64,000 nucleotides of DNA from positions 11,842,001-11,906,000 of the forward strand of contig NC_081331.1 in assembly GCF_022539665.2 (NCBI RefSeq). Direction: 5' to 3'. The stretch's first letter is position 1, and every line of letters starts with the position of its first letter. Made by a program: the position numbers and the translations under genes. Below the pieces are notes generated by a model. It saw nothing but the letters and a program-made list of their open reading frames with translations. It had not been told where the DNA came from and made no database searches. Of this stretch, positions 13,601-28,800 are shown piece by piece. This DNA comes from Daphnia carinata. Lineage: Eukaryota.

Positions 13601-16600
13601 TTTTTACCTTACGGCACAGCAAACAACAATAAACTCACAAAAAAGGAACAACAGCTAGCTTCCCTTCTTCAAATGCTCCAACCAATGTCCAAGTTTTTTG
13701 AATTTCCTCCAATCCGCTTTGGTCTCGTCCGATGCGGCTTGCGGTCGGGCGAAAATGTGAGGTCACTACGTTTTTACTTCTAAAGGAATCAAAAAAAGAA
13801 ATAAGTGAACAACAACAAAAGCAACCCCTAAAAGAAAAAAAAAACATACACACACGCGCATGGAAAAAAAAAAAAAGGGGAAACAAAAAATTACCTTGTT
13901 ATTTGGCTAGCGGCTGAAACGCAAAGCGGCGGCAATCATTTGCTCGGCTCCCGTCTTGTGCGCACGCCATTATTATTTTTTTGAGACTGGTTTTATTACG
14001 TAAGAAACACACCTTGGCTACGTCCCTCAAGGAAATGGAGAATTTGCGCGATGGAGAAGAAGAAGAAAAAAAAAGGGGAATTGGAGAACAAACAAAGTGC
14101 AAGGAACATCAGGCTGACAGTATATGACTATTAATGGAGTCGATTGTTGCGGGTGTTTGCAAGCGCCCGTACGCGAGTTTCGGCTACCAATTGAATGCGG
14201 AGGGATGCAACCATCACTCATTGTCGAGCTTAATACCTTGGTCGATTTCTCCGTAATAGACTGCGTATTTTGAGTTGGATGTATAGTGTTAGCCGTCACA
14301 TCCTCCTCCCCCCTCTTTTTTTTTATTCAATCCTTCATCAAACGCACTCCCTTTCTTCCGTACGTGTCATGTTCTTCGTGTTTCCATGTTTTCATGTTTC
14401 AAAAATGATTTCGCCATTTGGTTAAAAGTAGAAGGAAAAATATGTTTGCCCTGTAATCGATTGTTTTAAAGAAAACAATGGCAAGAAAAACTCGGCTAAC
14501 CAGGGCATCTTGTAGGATCTTTTTTTTTTTTTCAATCCTTCTAGTCTGTATACAAATGTCCTCGGCGCTTGTCATGGGGCTGTCGATGCCGCCGTCGTTA
14601 GTTGGGGGGGGATCACTCGACAAAGACATCGGGACTGATGGATGTATAGAATTGTGCTGGTGAGGAAAAGAAAGAGGGCATAGGGGAAACAGAAAACAAC
14701 AACAGCCGGGGTTAAAAAGAAAGACGGGGAACGAGCTAATGTTTGTTTGACTGGGGCAGCTCGCATCAGCATCTCTCTCGCCCTCAAGTTATTTATGCTT
14801 TAATGTAGAGCGGCTGAAGCTTCTTATTCTTCTACTCGTTCGGAAGTAAAAGAAGTAAACATATCTATACATATACGCGCTGGGCGTTCACGGACGGCGT
14901 GCACAGTTGGAACGGCTGCGGCGGAGGGGGGCCCGCGGAGTAGGAGGTTCCCATCAGCACTGATGAGGGGGAAAGAAAGGGAAATATCTTTACGGGTTAC
15001 TTGGGAAATGGAGAGGCTGCATCGCAGATGCTGGGCAGAAGACAGCCATGGAAAATATTGAGACTTCGTTTTCCCAAAGCATTCTTTATATATTTTTTTT
15101 TTCTTGCTGTCACTCTTTTGGTTTGTGATTTTTTTTTTTTTCGGAGGGGAGTGAGGGCTTCCGGTCAGATGCACTCGACTCGTCCGAGTGTTAAACGAAG
15201 ATGGAAGCAAAACGAAGTTTATAGGGTGGGAAAAGTTGGCCCTTGTAATGAAGGTAAATTCAAATTTCGATGAGAAAGATATTGTACATTGATGGAGGGG
15301 GTTTGAGTGCGCACAGCTGGTGGAAACAATCAAACTAAAATTTGTTTTCTTTTTTGCGTTGCACGAGTCTTGTAAATAATGGGACACGCCCAATATTGAT
15401 GAATTGTCGTGTTCCGTCGTGACAACACCTATGAAGAGGGGGCATTTGAATTGATTGAAGAGCTCCCGCCCAAAAAAAGGGGCCATCATACCTACATATG
15501 TCGAGCCCTTGTTTCTATCAATCTTGGAATTGAATATTAATTCTATGTTGTATAAGTAGACGTTTTCCTTTATTCGAGTTGGGAAACCACTCAAATTTAT
15601 GGTCGTACTTGTGCAAAAGTGACACACACCTTACATGGCATAGATAACAAGTAAGGAACTCAGAAACCCTTGTTACCATCCATAAGATGGCTTTTCGTTG
15701 GTGCTCCACTTACACACAAGTCCTTGGCCATTAGAAAAAGGAAGAATATAAGCCGGTTATCATTCTTCAATGTCATCTCGTACCGAAACATCCAGGCGTA
15801 TGACACACGTTCGATTATTCGTTCCTCCTTTGAATCGCGTTTGCTTTTGCTGCCACTTGTGTGTCTCTCATTGACATACGCCACTCTGCTTAATTGCATT
15901 GCTACGCTTGAAACTCTTTCGTCTGTCCACTTCTCAGCTTGTCCTTTTTTTTTTGTCTTTTCTTTTTTGAAAAAAAAAATTGGGTTATTAGGATATACGC
16001 AGTGCCTCTTTCATTTTTTTCTAACGTTTTTAGTTTCACAGGTATTTTTCTTTCATTGTTTCTCGTCTGGCGTATCATATGTCGTCTGGTGACTGAGAAT
16101 CTCGTCCCCCTTGAATAGCTCGCAGCATTCGTGTAGAGGACCTGTATGCAGGCCAGTAGTTGCCGATCTTCGTGAATTTATAGACCGTCAAGACGGACAG
16201 ACTGAGCGTCTTAACGCCCACTAGCTCTCTCCCATACATCTCTTTCGAACCTCATCACTCGCGCTTATATTTCTCTCTATGGTTACGACCGGCCATATAT
16301 GTCCATTGATAATGGCTGCAACTTGACAAAGTCTCCCTTTTGTTGGTGAATAATCCTCTTCTCGTTCAAGAGAATTATTTAATGCACAGCTTTTCTTCCA
16401 AAACCTTTTTCCAGCATCTTTGCTCAAGAGGGTCATCCGCTTCCTACTGTCTGTTTTCTTTAATATCTTTTTTTTTTTGCATCTTAAAATGTTTATTTCT
16501 TAAAATTCCTCTTTAGACTACCTTTCACGATGAATTACGCACGTGTGTTTCAAAAGATAGCCCTGTCCATGGAAAATCATACGAAAAATCTTCGTTCCAG

Positions 16601-19600
16601 TAGTTCGAGACTTGAGTTTAAAAAAACAAAAACACATCGAGTACAGGCTACCGGAGCAAAAGAGGGTTGCTGTTTCATGTCGCCACCCCCTCTTTCTTTT
16701 TTTGTATTATTTATTTTTGGATGGATAAATACTGTCACTGATCGATTTCTAGACTGGAATAGCGCAAGGGTCCAGCCCTTGAGGAAAACTACAACTTCAA
16801 TAACTGAAGAGAAACACGAAAAAAAAAAAATGGGAAACTCGGCAGTCGCGTTTGATGCTGTGAGTTTTTCGAAAGAAACGATGAAAAGGCGTGGCTGTGC
16901 TTTTTTTTTCGATTTTTTTTTTAGGGCTCGTCGAACTTTTCGTTTTCTTTGCGTGTGAAGGAACGCGCAAAGCAACAACATTGAATGGGTGGAAGCAGGT
17001 CAAAAGGCGGATGACAAAGAAGCGGCTGCATCGGGGCATCCGTTGATGCACAGCCTTTTTTTTTTTTTTTTTTTTTAAAGGAGCCTAAATCGAGTGAAAA
17101 AATTGGACCCTAAAATGAATTCAAAGGATTTTTTTATTTCCCCCCAAAGAAAAATAAGAAAGGGTTATCCCATATCACGGTCAGTTTGCCCTTTCGATAC
17201 GGTGCCGTGCTCGTTCCGTTTTCTTTAGTGTGTCGCCACCGACGTAATTCATCGACGTGAAGGGAAAACGCACAGCAAAAAAGATGGGCTGAATGATGAA
17301 AACTCTGTAGAATCTTCCCGACTTACATTGAAGAGACTTTTTTTTTTTTTTGGACAGTATAAAGAGCTGACGGTACTGGAAAGGACATTCGTCTCTTTGA
17401 AGAGGAAAAGAAAAGGGCAGGCTGTACCTTCTTTTTTCTCCCGGCAAACAAAAATATCTTTTTACGTAAAGTTAATGGGGTGCAGAGGTAAAGGTTGGTT
17501 ATACATACTGATTCGGTTTATCTTTGAAAAATAAAAGTAGAAACAGCCGCCGACTCGGATGCATCACAAATCGGGAGCGTAGCGCTCTTGCGGGACCTTC
17601 CTTGTGGAGCGTAAACACAACACTTATTGAAATTTATGGAATTCATGGTTGTTTTCTTTACTCTTATTCTCCTTTTTTTTTTCATCGGTGTATGTGGTTC
17701 GCTTCGTTTACTTTTGCTTTGGGACAGTGTAGGACAACGTCAGGCTTTTGTCGGCCAATCCGAAACTGAAGGTCCGCCTTTATATTCCCTGTCATCGCCA
17801 GTCGGCCGAGGCTGCGTAACCCGGTCGACTTGGGACCTGTGCGGAGCCCGTAGATATTGTATTGAATCATTTCACCCTCTAGCGCACCCCAACAGACTCT
17901 CTTCTTCTCTTTTTTTCTTTCCTTTTCTGGGCTTCCCATAATTGCTTTACCATCCAGCCCAGAGAGGCAGAGACCGGGTCTGTTGCCTATAAATAGAGTT
18001 GAAATAGAGAAGCTGTTTTTTTTTTTGTTTTTTTTTTTGTCATCTGCTTTGTTTTCTATTTTGTGTGTGCAACGAAAACTTAACAAGAGAAAGACGAGCA
18101 GCGCAGCGTGTTTGCAGGCCGTGATGCGACAGAGGCAATAATCGAATCAAACAATAGGACAGATTCGACAACAGCCATTATGCGTAAAAAGATGCACATT
18201 TACCTGTTCATGTTGCCGATTTTGATTTTTTTTTTTTGTGTTGGTTACTGCGTAACAGCAGAAATGTTGTGACTTGGGCAAATAGAGAAAGTATGACGTC
18301 CGTATAATAATAAAAAAAACGTGCCGGTCGTACAACGTCGTCAGATTTGACACTCGTTAGAATTCCAAAAAGAGAAACCCCACTGCTTGACTAATATTGA
18401 TCTTTAGAACCTTCTACCACTTATCTGAAACAGGATGCGCAAATGAAGTTCCCTTTTTTTCATTTGCGTATAGATATCTCCATTCGCAAGATCTTAAAGA
18501 ACGCACACAAAGTTTTAATACGTCAAAGGAAAAAAGAAAACGCGTCATGTCGGGCTCCGGAAAAAGAAAAAAGATTTCTGTTTGCGAATACAAAATCAAT
18601 ATCTCCTTGACGGGCCAGCAGCAGCCACATAGTCTTTATCGTGTGTCTCCGGTCTGTCATTCTACGTTCACCCCGTTGATGTTGGCGTGTTTCTCTATCA
18701 AATAGAGAAATAGAAAACACGGGAGAAAAGGGAAAGCGAAAATGAGAGAGGACGTAAATAAAAATCTGCTGATTCTGTAGAGTGACACACACACCAACGA
18801 TCTTGTGCTGTAGGCGTCGTTGCTGTCGACTACATCTACGATAAATGTAATCAAAAAGAGGAAAAACCGGCGGGTGATTGCCTTGCAGCCGGACCTCGTC
18901 CGTCTTTTCATGTGTCTATACAGTATGTATGTTTTGTTGACGGACACTCACTGGGGTACAGAAGACAGCAGCGATGGAGACCATTGTAAAGGGGAGCCCA
19001 TCATCTCTTTTGTGTGCATTGTTAATGATAGCGTCACATGGTGGGTGGTTTTTTTATTCTCGTAAATAAGGACGAATATTTTCCCCTTTAAAAGAGATGG
19101 CATAAAGGCTATCTTTGCTAGTCTTGCCGAACAAAAAGCCACGTATGAGGGGCCGCGTATGCATAAAATGATGGCTGCTCATTTTCTTACCGATGGAGCG
19201 ACTGAAACGTTTCCTTCTTTCTTCTCTCTCTTTTGGATACCCAACACCTCGAGCTTTATTATAAAAAAAAAAAAGGGACGGCGAGTAAAGATAATCATCC
19301 ATTCTTTATATTTCTTCGTTGAAGCTTATTTGGATTTGTTCTTTCCCACCCGACAGTCAAACAGCTATGGGTCACCCTTGGAAACAACATGCACAGGCTA
19401 GTACGGGAAGAAAAAAAATTAGATTTCTTCAGACCCCCATCGTCTTTGGTGTAAAGCAGCAGAGCTAGGCAAAAACGAAAGAAGAGAGGGGCCAGCGTTT
19501 CTCCTATTTCGTAAGGCGATCCTCGTCAGATCCATCGGGTTCTCCCCCCTCCGCTTGCAGTGGTAAGAGATGGAGAAAACGAGAGACAAGAAAGAACCCA

Positions 19601-22600
19601 CAGCGTCGTTTACCCTTTCTTCTGTGAGTGTGTGCGTGTGGTATGGAGACGACACCCTCGTCTTTGCAGAGTATCTGGCGTTGCCTTTTTTTTTATATAT
19701 ATTTCTTCATCCAAAGTCCCTGGAACCCCTTCGACATTGCGTGACAAATGGGCAACACATGGAGTCTTATGTTTTTTGTTTTCCCTTCTTGACTCATCTC
19801 GTCCTATATACTCATTTTCTTCTTCGTTCAGTTTTCCCCAGTTTTGCTAATGTGAAATGAGGACTCCCACTCTCCTTAATGTCTTTTTGGGCTTTGTACA
19901 AGTCGGCCATTATTTGGGAGACTGAAAAAGCGAGGGGGAGGGGGGCAGAGGAGACTGGGGTCGAATGAGTAGAATCGACGACGTGTAAAAGAAGCAAGGC
20001 TTTTTGATGTTACTGTCCAACACGTTTGCAAAGAAGCCGAATTTGTTTTGCTAAATGTAAGAAGGGAAAAAAAAATCGGTTGGCGTGCATAATAAGGCGA
20101 GTTGATACGTTCAAAGATATTTTCCTATGCTGTTTTGCACGACGACTTCTTTAAAACTGAACTGTTTACGTAGTTGGACATATTCTTTTGCTGAGAAAAA
20201 GAAAATATGAAGAGGGACGTTTTATAGCCTTTTTTTCACCCTCATCAAACACATAGAGACACATGGAATCTATAAAAACTCGTCTCCGATTACCCCAACA
20301 TCTTTTTCGTTCTCATCTCTTGCTAGCAAAAGAGTCTCGACATCTTCCGGTCGTTAAGTAGAGAGACTCTTGTTCCGAGAGAAAAAGTTCAAGTTCCAAA
20401 ATTTTTGAGGGGTCAGTCTCGCTTTTCGTTTATTTTGGCCAAAACGTTGGAGATCCTCCTTTAAACAATTTTTTCTTTTTTTGCTAACATCTTGACTTGG
20501 AAAACGCTTTACACTAACACAAGACGACTGTTGTCGATCGTGTTGCTTTCAGCTACGGTGAAATCTCTGCGATCTTTCGTTGTTTTATCCAAATTCTTTC
20601 CAGCCAGCCGCTGTGAAGCAAACATCACATCTAACACACAAAATCCGGCTAGAAAGTTGAACAAACAGCACTCGTCGGTTCTTTGCTTTACATTTCTTGG
20701 TCTGATAACCGAATCTCTCTTGTTCTTACGTTTTCGAGTGTCGAACGCTCGTGCAGCGTTGAAACAATGCGCACGTCTACTTGAAATTTTTTAGTTCTTT
20801 TATCATTTTTTTTTTCAATAACTTTGGGAGAGGCCTTATCGACGGCGACACGCCAAAGTGAACAGACATGGAAAAACAAAAGAAAACGTGGCCGAGAGAG
20901 GAAATCATCAACTAAGAAATGCCATTTTTCCAATCGATGTTTTGATAGCTGACGTAACGAAAAGCTTGATTGCGGATTGTCTCTCCTTCTATGCCGTCTT
21001 TACGTGAAGTGTGCTGGAAAACTGTTTGTCATGGCCTTTGTTTCTCTTCCTCGTTGGGTTTCATCCTCCCGTCGTTTGTGTCTGGATGCTACCGTCTCCT
21101 AAGGACGGCTTCGCAAAAACGGGGGGCCTTCAAGTGAGAGTTGAATCTCTCTATGCGTCGCTCCTATCTTGATCTCGATGCTAGCGGAAATTGGGTGTCT
21201 AGCCAACTGGAAACGCACAGCATACAAAAAGAGAAAAAGAGAAAATGAACAAAAATCTAAAGGCAATAGGTTTGCACCGTGCTGCTCACTCGTGCTATGG
21301 CCGACTCGACTTCTCTTTTGAACGACTGAGCCATGATCCGTCCATGTACAAGAAACAAATCTACGTGTGTTTACCAGTACTAGAAAATTTGCTTTTTTTA
21401 AAATTTATTTTCATCATCAACCTGATACCCGCCCACACACCAAGATACAAACAATACCTATTGTTTAAGAACCCTCCCACTCGTTTAAAACAACTTTTGG
21501 CTTGTGTAAACCGCGCTAAAGAATCTGTTAAGGATTGAACAACCTTTCAACTAGCCTTCCTGTTGTAATACCGCCTACAACTTGTACAACAACCATTGTT
21601 GTTGTTTTTTTACGTTTGTTGTTTCATATATATCTTTTCCTTTTGTGTCGGGATGAAAAGAACTGCGTACGAGTTGCAGTCGCATGCAATTCGATTTTCA
21701 AGGAAAATGGAATTGTTTGCAGACGTGCGGAGCTTTACTGGACGCATTTGCTACGAGGGATTTTCCAGAGGATCGAAAAGTGGAGTGTGTGTGCGGTATT
21801 TCAAAAGAACCGAAAACAGCACGTTTATGTGTTTTCACAGAGCGAAAGCGAGAGCACAGTAGAATCCCGTACATGTTGAGTCAATCCGATGCTACTGTTT
21901 GACATCGATTCACTCACGCTGTAACCTCTCCCTTTTTTATTTATCCACTATTCCATCCATCTTTTTTTTTTTTTTCCATTCGTTGTGGTTTAGTGTTTGT
22001 CTACATTGCGTGCGGAAGGCGAGGAAAAGGAATACGGCTTCTCGTCGGAAACGTGCTGCTGGGAAGAGAGGGAAATCCATTTCTGCTTTCCGGTTAAGCA
22101 AAGGCAAATCTTTTCTTTTGCCGATTGTGTGTTTAGCACAAACACAGTAAATCCGACATTATATTCACTTCCCCTCTCGCCTTTTGATACAGACACGATG
22201 ACATTATGTTTTTTTTTTTGTGTCTAGAATTTTCTTCTTTTTTCTGCGACTTTCACCCAATAGTGGATGTGTAAACTTGTGTATGAAATGTGTCAACAAA
22301 GTTTGTATACTCTTTTTTTTTTTTATTCTTTTGCCCGTCAGCTGCGGAAGAGAATGAAGCGAACACGCAACACTCACGACTTGACCGCGTTTCTTTTTAA
22401 TAAAGCTAGTGGTACCCAATCCGGCTGCATAAAAAAACGTCCTTTGACGACGACCTCCTTTTGAATTAAGATATCATTTTCGTCGTATTGTATACACTTC
22501 TTTTTAATAGCCATATGCTATAAGAGAAAATGTCGCACTCACGAATGTTCGTCTGTTGCCCTTGAACTCTAACGTGTCCGTCAGATCCTTGGGTACATTC

Positions 22601-22805
22601 GAAAGGCGAACGAAATGGCAATCGTTATTTATGCAAGGCCAGCTCAGTTGAAAGTTACGTGAACGCATGCAATATTGAATAATTCATCGCTTGTCCCTGA
22701 CGACAGATGCGCTTTTACGACACCTTAACACGATGATCCTCATGAATTTTTCTTTCCTCGTTTCAGATCGATTCCGTAAGCATTACGTATAGCAACCGAT
22801 TAGAG

Positions 22806-25800
22806 ATGAGCAGTCGCAACATCGTCGAGACATCCAGCAGCATCATGGGTCATCACAATCAACAGTTTAGACAACTGTCACCCTCTCCAACACAGACCAG
22901 AAGATCAGATTTACATTGGCTTCGGTAAGACTTCCTTTCCAAATTCTAACGCAAAAGAAGCTTCATCCTATTAGATCGGAATTTAATGACGGTACCTTGA
23001 CAGGTGGTCACTCGTGGTTTTAGCTTTCTTTTGCTGTGTGGGCGTATCGAATGGACAAAATTCCGCCAACGGCCAACAAGTCCGGCATGCACAGAGATTC
23101 GAGCGCGAACCCGAAGACCAAACGGCCGTTGTGGGCGAAACGGTCGTTATGGCTTGCCGCGTCCTCAACAAGGCCGGCGTGCTCCAGTGGACCAAGGACG
23201 ATTTCGGTCTGGGCAGCGACCGCAACCTTAGCGGATTCGAGAGATATAGCATGATCGGCACCGAAGACGAAGGTGAGCCCCGACGGAACTCTTAACCTAT
23301 TTCATTCTTTTAGCTCGCAATATTGACGTCAATTGCCTTCTCCCAACATATTCAACCTTATTCTTCTCATTTTCACTTCCAAGGAAAAGTAGTATGATCC
23401 TTGAAAGCAACGGCCTCTTCTTTCCGCCTGTTCCTCGTTACCTCGCTCGTTGACTAACGTTATTTTCCAAAGTCATATTCCTTCACCTATTTTTTCTCTT
23501 ACCTCGGCCGTTTTAAAGTATTCGTCTTTCCTTTTTCGTCTGAAGTTTCTTCCCTCCCGTACTAATTGGTAGTTTCATTACGGGAAAAAGAAACGTCTGG
23601 AAGACGCACACAGCGCCGTCTCCTCTACTTTTTCCCGACGTCCATCTTTGGCTCTAGTTGACTGTACGTACATCGACGGTCCGTATGGTTTAGAATATGC
23701 CCATCCCAGAGGGGTACTTGCCTTGCCCGAGGTTTCACGATGTGCCAGAATTTGGGAGTCGTGGAAGTGGACGGAAGGAAAGTCCCTGCCTCGTTCCTAA
23801 TCCCTCGAAGAGGATTACAGTTGCTTTAAAACACCCGCCTTTCATTCCCCATTTCCTCTTGTCTAATCCAACTCTCTCGTTGACTGTAGTGGATGCCTCG
23901 GCAGGATACAGTGGCAATCGCTGAAAGGGTTTTACGAAACGGTTTGTCGCCTAGATTATGACACTCTCTTTTTGTTTTTGCCTATTTTTTGTTTTTAAAG
24001 TTAGTAGTAGTAACATCGTAACAGCCGCCACCATACGCTGTTTCCAGCCGAGTTAAGACCACTGTGTGGGTCACAACTTTGGTTAAAAGCGGAAGAATTT
24101 CAAACGTGAAAGAGATTACGCCTCAGTTCTGAAACTGGACTAGAACGTGCCCTCCCATTTTAGTTAGTTCCACTTGTCTGGACGTTAGATCTTCATACGA
24201 CGTTAAACTTTATGCCAACGAATCATCGCCATTTCGCTCGTTTGAGGCTGCATGTCTTGCTCTACGGCAATTGATCGAAGCAAAAAAGGAGTGTCTTTTA
24301 AGAGTGAATTCGATGTGGGAGCTCAAGAGGGTTGTAGTGTATAATCATTACGTATCGAAAGATTCATTAGAAGTGGATCGAAGCGTGTGGAGATTGCCGG
24401 CTGTCGTAGAAAACTATGGAGGTGAAAAATTTATGAAAAAAGAAAATCAAATCTCGTTATGCGGACTTGGACACGATGGCCTATAAAAGATCTGACGAAA
24501 ACAGTCGGTTAAATAATGATGAGCGAAGTCTTTGTCGATTGAAGGTCTCCCGGAATGAATAATTACCTTGTTTGCCTCTCATTCTCCTTCCTCCATTCGA
24601 ACGAACATTGAGGCTTTCATCGACTCCTTTCTCAGTTTTGTCTGTTATTTCTCTTTGCTGGCTTCTCAATCATCGACAGGGTATGCATTATGAGAGGGCA
24701 AGCAGCAGTTGTAAATCAATAATGTCATTAATTAAAAACCTGATCCTCTCGCTAGTGAAACGCAGAAAATAGACAGCAGACGCGGTCGGTAATCTTCTCT
24801 GCTCTCCGATTGCTGCGTAAACTGACACCTGCGACGTCAGCATTCGTTTAATCGATGGCGCAACTTTTGACGAACATTATTAAACGGGCTAACATAAAAA
24901 GAGAATCACGCATGTCGGTTGTAAACTTTTTCGTGTTCACCATAACCATCATTTTTCAACCTCCAACTTCCGGTGTTATGTTTCTCTTCATTAGGAGCAG
25001 CCAAGACACGAGGGACATTGTGTGTAATTAATTATCGAGCGTGTACTATAGTCACCAACTTCTGAAGTTTTAGAATATTAAAAAATGGATGTTTTTCAGT
25101 CAGATTTTTCCATCGTTTGCTTTGATGTCTTCATAAGACATCAGACGCAACGTAGACATCATTCGTCAATTGCTGCCGTAATGCAATAAAAGAAGATGAC
25201 TTATCATTTTCCAAAGCATTTAAAAGTTGCATTCTTATCCTTTTTTTGTTTCTTAAACATAAAAACACGACTAGATAACAAGCCGACCGCAAAAATCAAA
25301 AGAACAAGCAAAAAAGCAAAACATGAAAGTATGAAAAGTTCTGATTTTAAGCAGCTCTGTCATCCGGAGGGGAAACAAGAAACACCCTTAGTCATCTGTC
25401 AACAAAGAGATTGATTGCCTTTTTTTTTCTACTCTCCCCTCCAGACTCTTTGCTTTTATTCTTGAGGCAACAGCTTGTGAAAAGAGATGCCAACCTCGAC
25501 ATTGCTATTGGCACATCACTTTCAAGATGAATGACAAGAAAAGTAGAAAACAATTCGCAGTGAAAATCCGCTAGTTCGTTTTTCCATTGATTAGTCGACT
25601 GAGAGTAAGTGTAGCATCAATCGGTCGTGAATTTGCATATTTTTTTTTTCTCTTTCATACGATATTCCCGCGGGACTGATGGCTTTTTCGCAGTGTCTAG
25701 AATCAGTTTAGTGTCTATACGACTCGGATTTCTTTTAGTGCTGTAAGTGTGTTGGCCACATGTTTTCTTTCTCACTCTTCTTCCCCTCCGAACCATCCAT

Positions 25801-28800
25801 CCTCTTTGGGTTTCTTTTTTGTTTTGTGATTCATAAAAAAAGGGAGTTTTATTTTTTTCTCGTGAAGATACGATTCGACATCCAAACGACGATCGCAGCA
25901 ACTTTTCTGCCTTTTTCTGTTCTTTTCTTGAGTAACTATAGACTGCCATCAATGCTCCAGTCTTTTTATTTTTGCTTGCTTTTCGTTTCTTTCGTGAACT
26001 CCCTATCTATGATGTTATTAGCTTTGGAAGGATGACACTCTCGTAGAACACAAAGCGTTCCTTCTCCCCACTTATATATAATAATGTTCTGAGCTTCCCC
26101 ATGCGACAACATATAAAGTTAGAAAATTGGCAAACAAAACAACACACACAACTTCCGATTCTTTTCTTTTTCTTTTGGTTTGTTATTGCTCGAGCCGTTC
26201 GGGCGGCGGATGCGTCTGCCGAATGATCCACTCGTTTTGCTGGAATAACACATTGCCTTTCATCTTGGCCTACCCACGCAAAAGACTAATTTAAAGTTGC
26301 TTTTCTTTTTTTGTTTGGAAAAACACAGGCACGTTCTCCTTGCAGATTCGACCGGTGACGTTAGAGGATGACGGCCGTTTCCAGTGTCAGGTTAGCCCAG
26401 GCCCTGAAGCGGCTTCAACGGCAATCCGTTCACGCTACGCTACTCTGGCCGTTCACATCCCTCCCGAACCTCCTCAGATCGTGCAGGGATCGCATTTGAT
26501 CACGACGGAGGATCGCGAAGTGGAATTGGAATGCCAATCTCGTGCCGGCAAACCAGCAGCTGAGGTACAATGTTGTTTTTCATGATGAATGAAAGAAAAC
26601 TAAATGATTTAATTTACTCCTCTTGCAGATTATCTGGCTGGACGGCGAAGGCAACTTGATCACCAATAACGTCGAAGTCTTCAAGGAAGTGCTGGCCGAC
26701 GGGAAACGGACCAATGTCAAATCCGTTTTGAAATTGTCGCCGAAAATGCACTACCACAACAAGAACATCACTTGCCAGGCCCAGAATGCGGCCGAACGAT
26801 CGCCCAGGAGCGTTTCTCTTCTCATGGAAGTCAAATACGCTCCCAAAGTAACTGTCACAGTAGAGCAGGAACGGATAACCGAGCTGGAATCGGTCCGTTT
26901 GTCATGCCACGCTGATGCCAATCCACCCAACGTGATTTATAAGTGGTACATTAACGACGAGATCGCACACGGTGACTATTCAACCGAATTGATCATCGCC
27001 AGCGCAAGCCGCCAGCTCAATGACGCCGTCGTTAAATGTGAAGTCACTAACGCCGTTGGCAAAGGCGAAGACAATCAAACGCTTAGCGTTCACTGTAAGT
27101 GTTTTATCACGGCTCGGTTCTTTCTTTTTTCGATGACGATTCTGCTAGTACAGTCAAACAAATAGCAACGAGCTTATGGATAAGATTTTGAATAGGACTG
27201 CGGGGAGTATAGTCTGCAATTGTAATGGGCCACGAATCAAGATCTCCTCCCTGATTCTTAGAATTTTGTGAGCTCCAAGTCCCTTAGAGCTATTGACTAG
27301 GGAAAGATGGGCGGGGCGTCGTCTCCAGATCAATCCTTCAGCGATTCCATTGCTTTTTAAGATGATGGGATGATACGAGTATTACACCCATCGACCGTGA
27401 GATCGCCTAGATAGTACGTACACACTAGCACAGATGGACATAAACTTTAGCCATTACTGTGCGTATGCGTTTTATTTTTTTTTAAACTTTAAAACCACAA
27501 AGGGACAACAAGCAAACGAGAGATTATGAACGTGCGTAGGAAAAGAAAATGTAACGTAGGACGAGAAAAATCGTATTCGGCGTTAGTAGCCCAGTGATAA
27601 AAAAGCTATTTTTTTTTTTTTGGTTGAAAAATCCATCCAGGAGTATATATATATGTAAAACATAAGCGTGACATACATGAGATTTCTCGCTATAGCACTG
27701 TCATGTCATCTGGACTCATATGCATGATTCTGCTACTGTAGCCCCCCCTTGGCAGGCCTCGCTCTATACTTGACAGTCTTCTTTTTCCTTATTCAACTCT
27801 GATGCGCCTCTTTCATATATTTTTTTTCGAGCATGTCTCACACTCCTCTTACACAGACTGCAAAATAGAGGGAGGGGGAAAAAATCTGGAGCACGCACAG
27901 TCGTGAGCAATTCATGTTTCATGGCCTTTATTGATCTAATACAACTGGGCCAAATAGCTCGGAGGGGGAACAAGACCCTTTCATTATTTTCGTACTGCAT
28001 TTGATTGACTGTCATCCTTCAACGAAAAAAAACAAAACAAAAAACTTAAAACAATTTATATAATCATGTTAATGTTTGTTTTTTGTTTGGCCAATTTGCA
28101 GACAGCCCCGAAATCCGAAGCCGGCCCGCTAACGTAGAAGCCGATATCGGTGGTAACGTGACTCTGCGTTGTGACGTGAGTGGGAACCCGGAGCCTGAAA
28201 TCAGCTGGACTTTCGAGGGTTCGAGGCGTGTTCTAAGCATCGGGCCAGCCTATACTTTCTGGATGAATCACGACATGGCCGGCAAATACACTTGCACCGC
28301 CCGCGTGCCCGGATTTCCCGAAGTGTCGGCGGACGCGCACGTTTTCTTGAAAGGTGACATTACAATGGCTTGCAATCGTATTGCTATAGAAACAATTTTT
28401 AATCATTTTCTTTTTCATACTTCAGGTCCCCCAACTGTTAGGAGTAAACGGATCCAATTTGGTCTCGAAGGAGACACGGTACGCATCGAGTGTGTAGCGT
28501 TCGCCATCCCTCGGCCGTCTAAAATAACATGGACTCACCGGGGATACGAAATCGATGCCGGTAAGTTTCAGTACCCAACACTCAAAACGCCAAGTGGCAC
28601 GAAGCAATTAAGTTTTTGACTGATGTTTCTATTCTGTTGAACACACAGGTGATCCTTATGTAACGTTTAATAACGATCCGCTTCCCGATGGTGTGCGCAG
28701 TACATTAATCATCCGCGAAGCAAACGACAAGTACTTTGGCTCTTACAACTGTTCGGTAGCCAATGATTACGGCATGGACGCAGCCGAAATTATTCTCCGA

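Noticed and set aside
14960..14984. CTGATGA...GAAA hammerhead-like core
   Set aside because: The intervening sequence is all purines and cannot form stem II.
14824..15627. 267-aa minus-strand ORF inside the kirre intron (possible nested gene)
   Set aside because: Non-ATG start, runs of K/F from homopolymers, no domain or splice support; consistent with a chance ORF.
23696..23930. GC-richer intronic block with GAAAGTCCC (RNase MRP CR-I-like) and partial self-complementarity
   Set aside because: No matching 3' P4/CR-V strand was found and the pairing is imperfect; an Infernal/Rfam scan would be needed.
27364..27392. Small intronic hairpin GATGGG...CCCATC
   Set aside because: Too short for a pre-miRNA, no snoRNA boxes; expected by chance.
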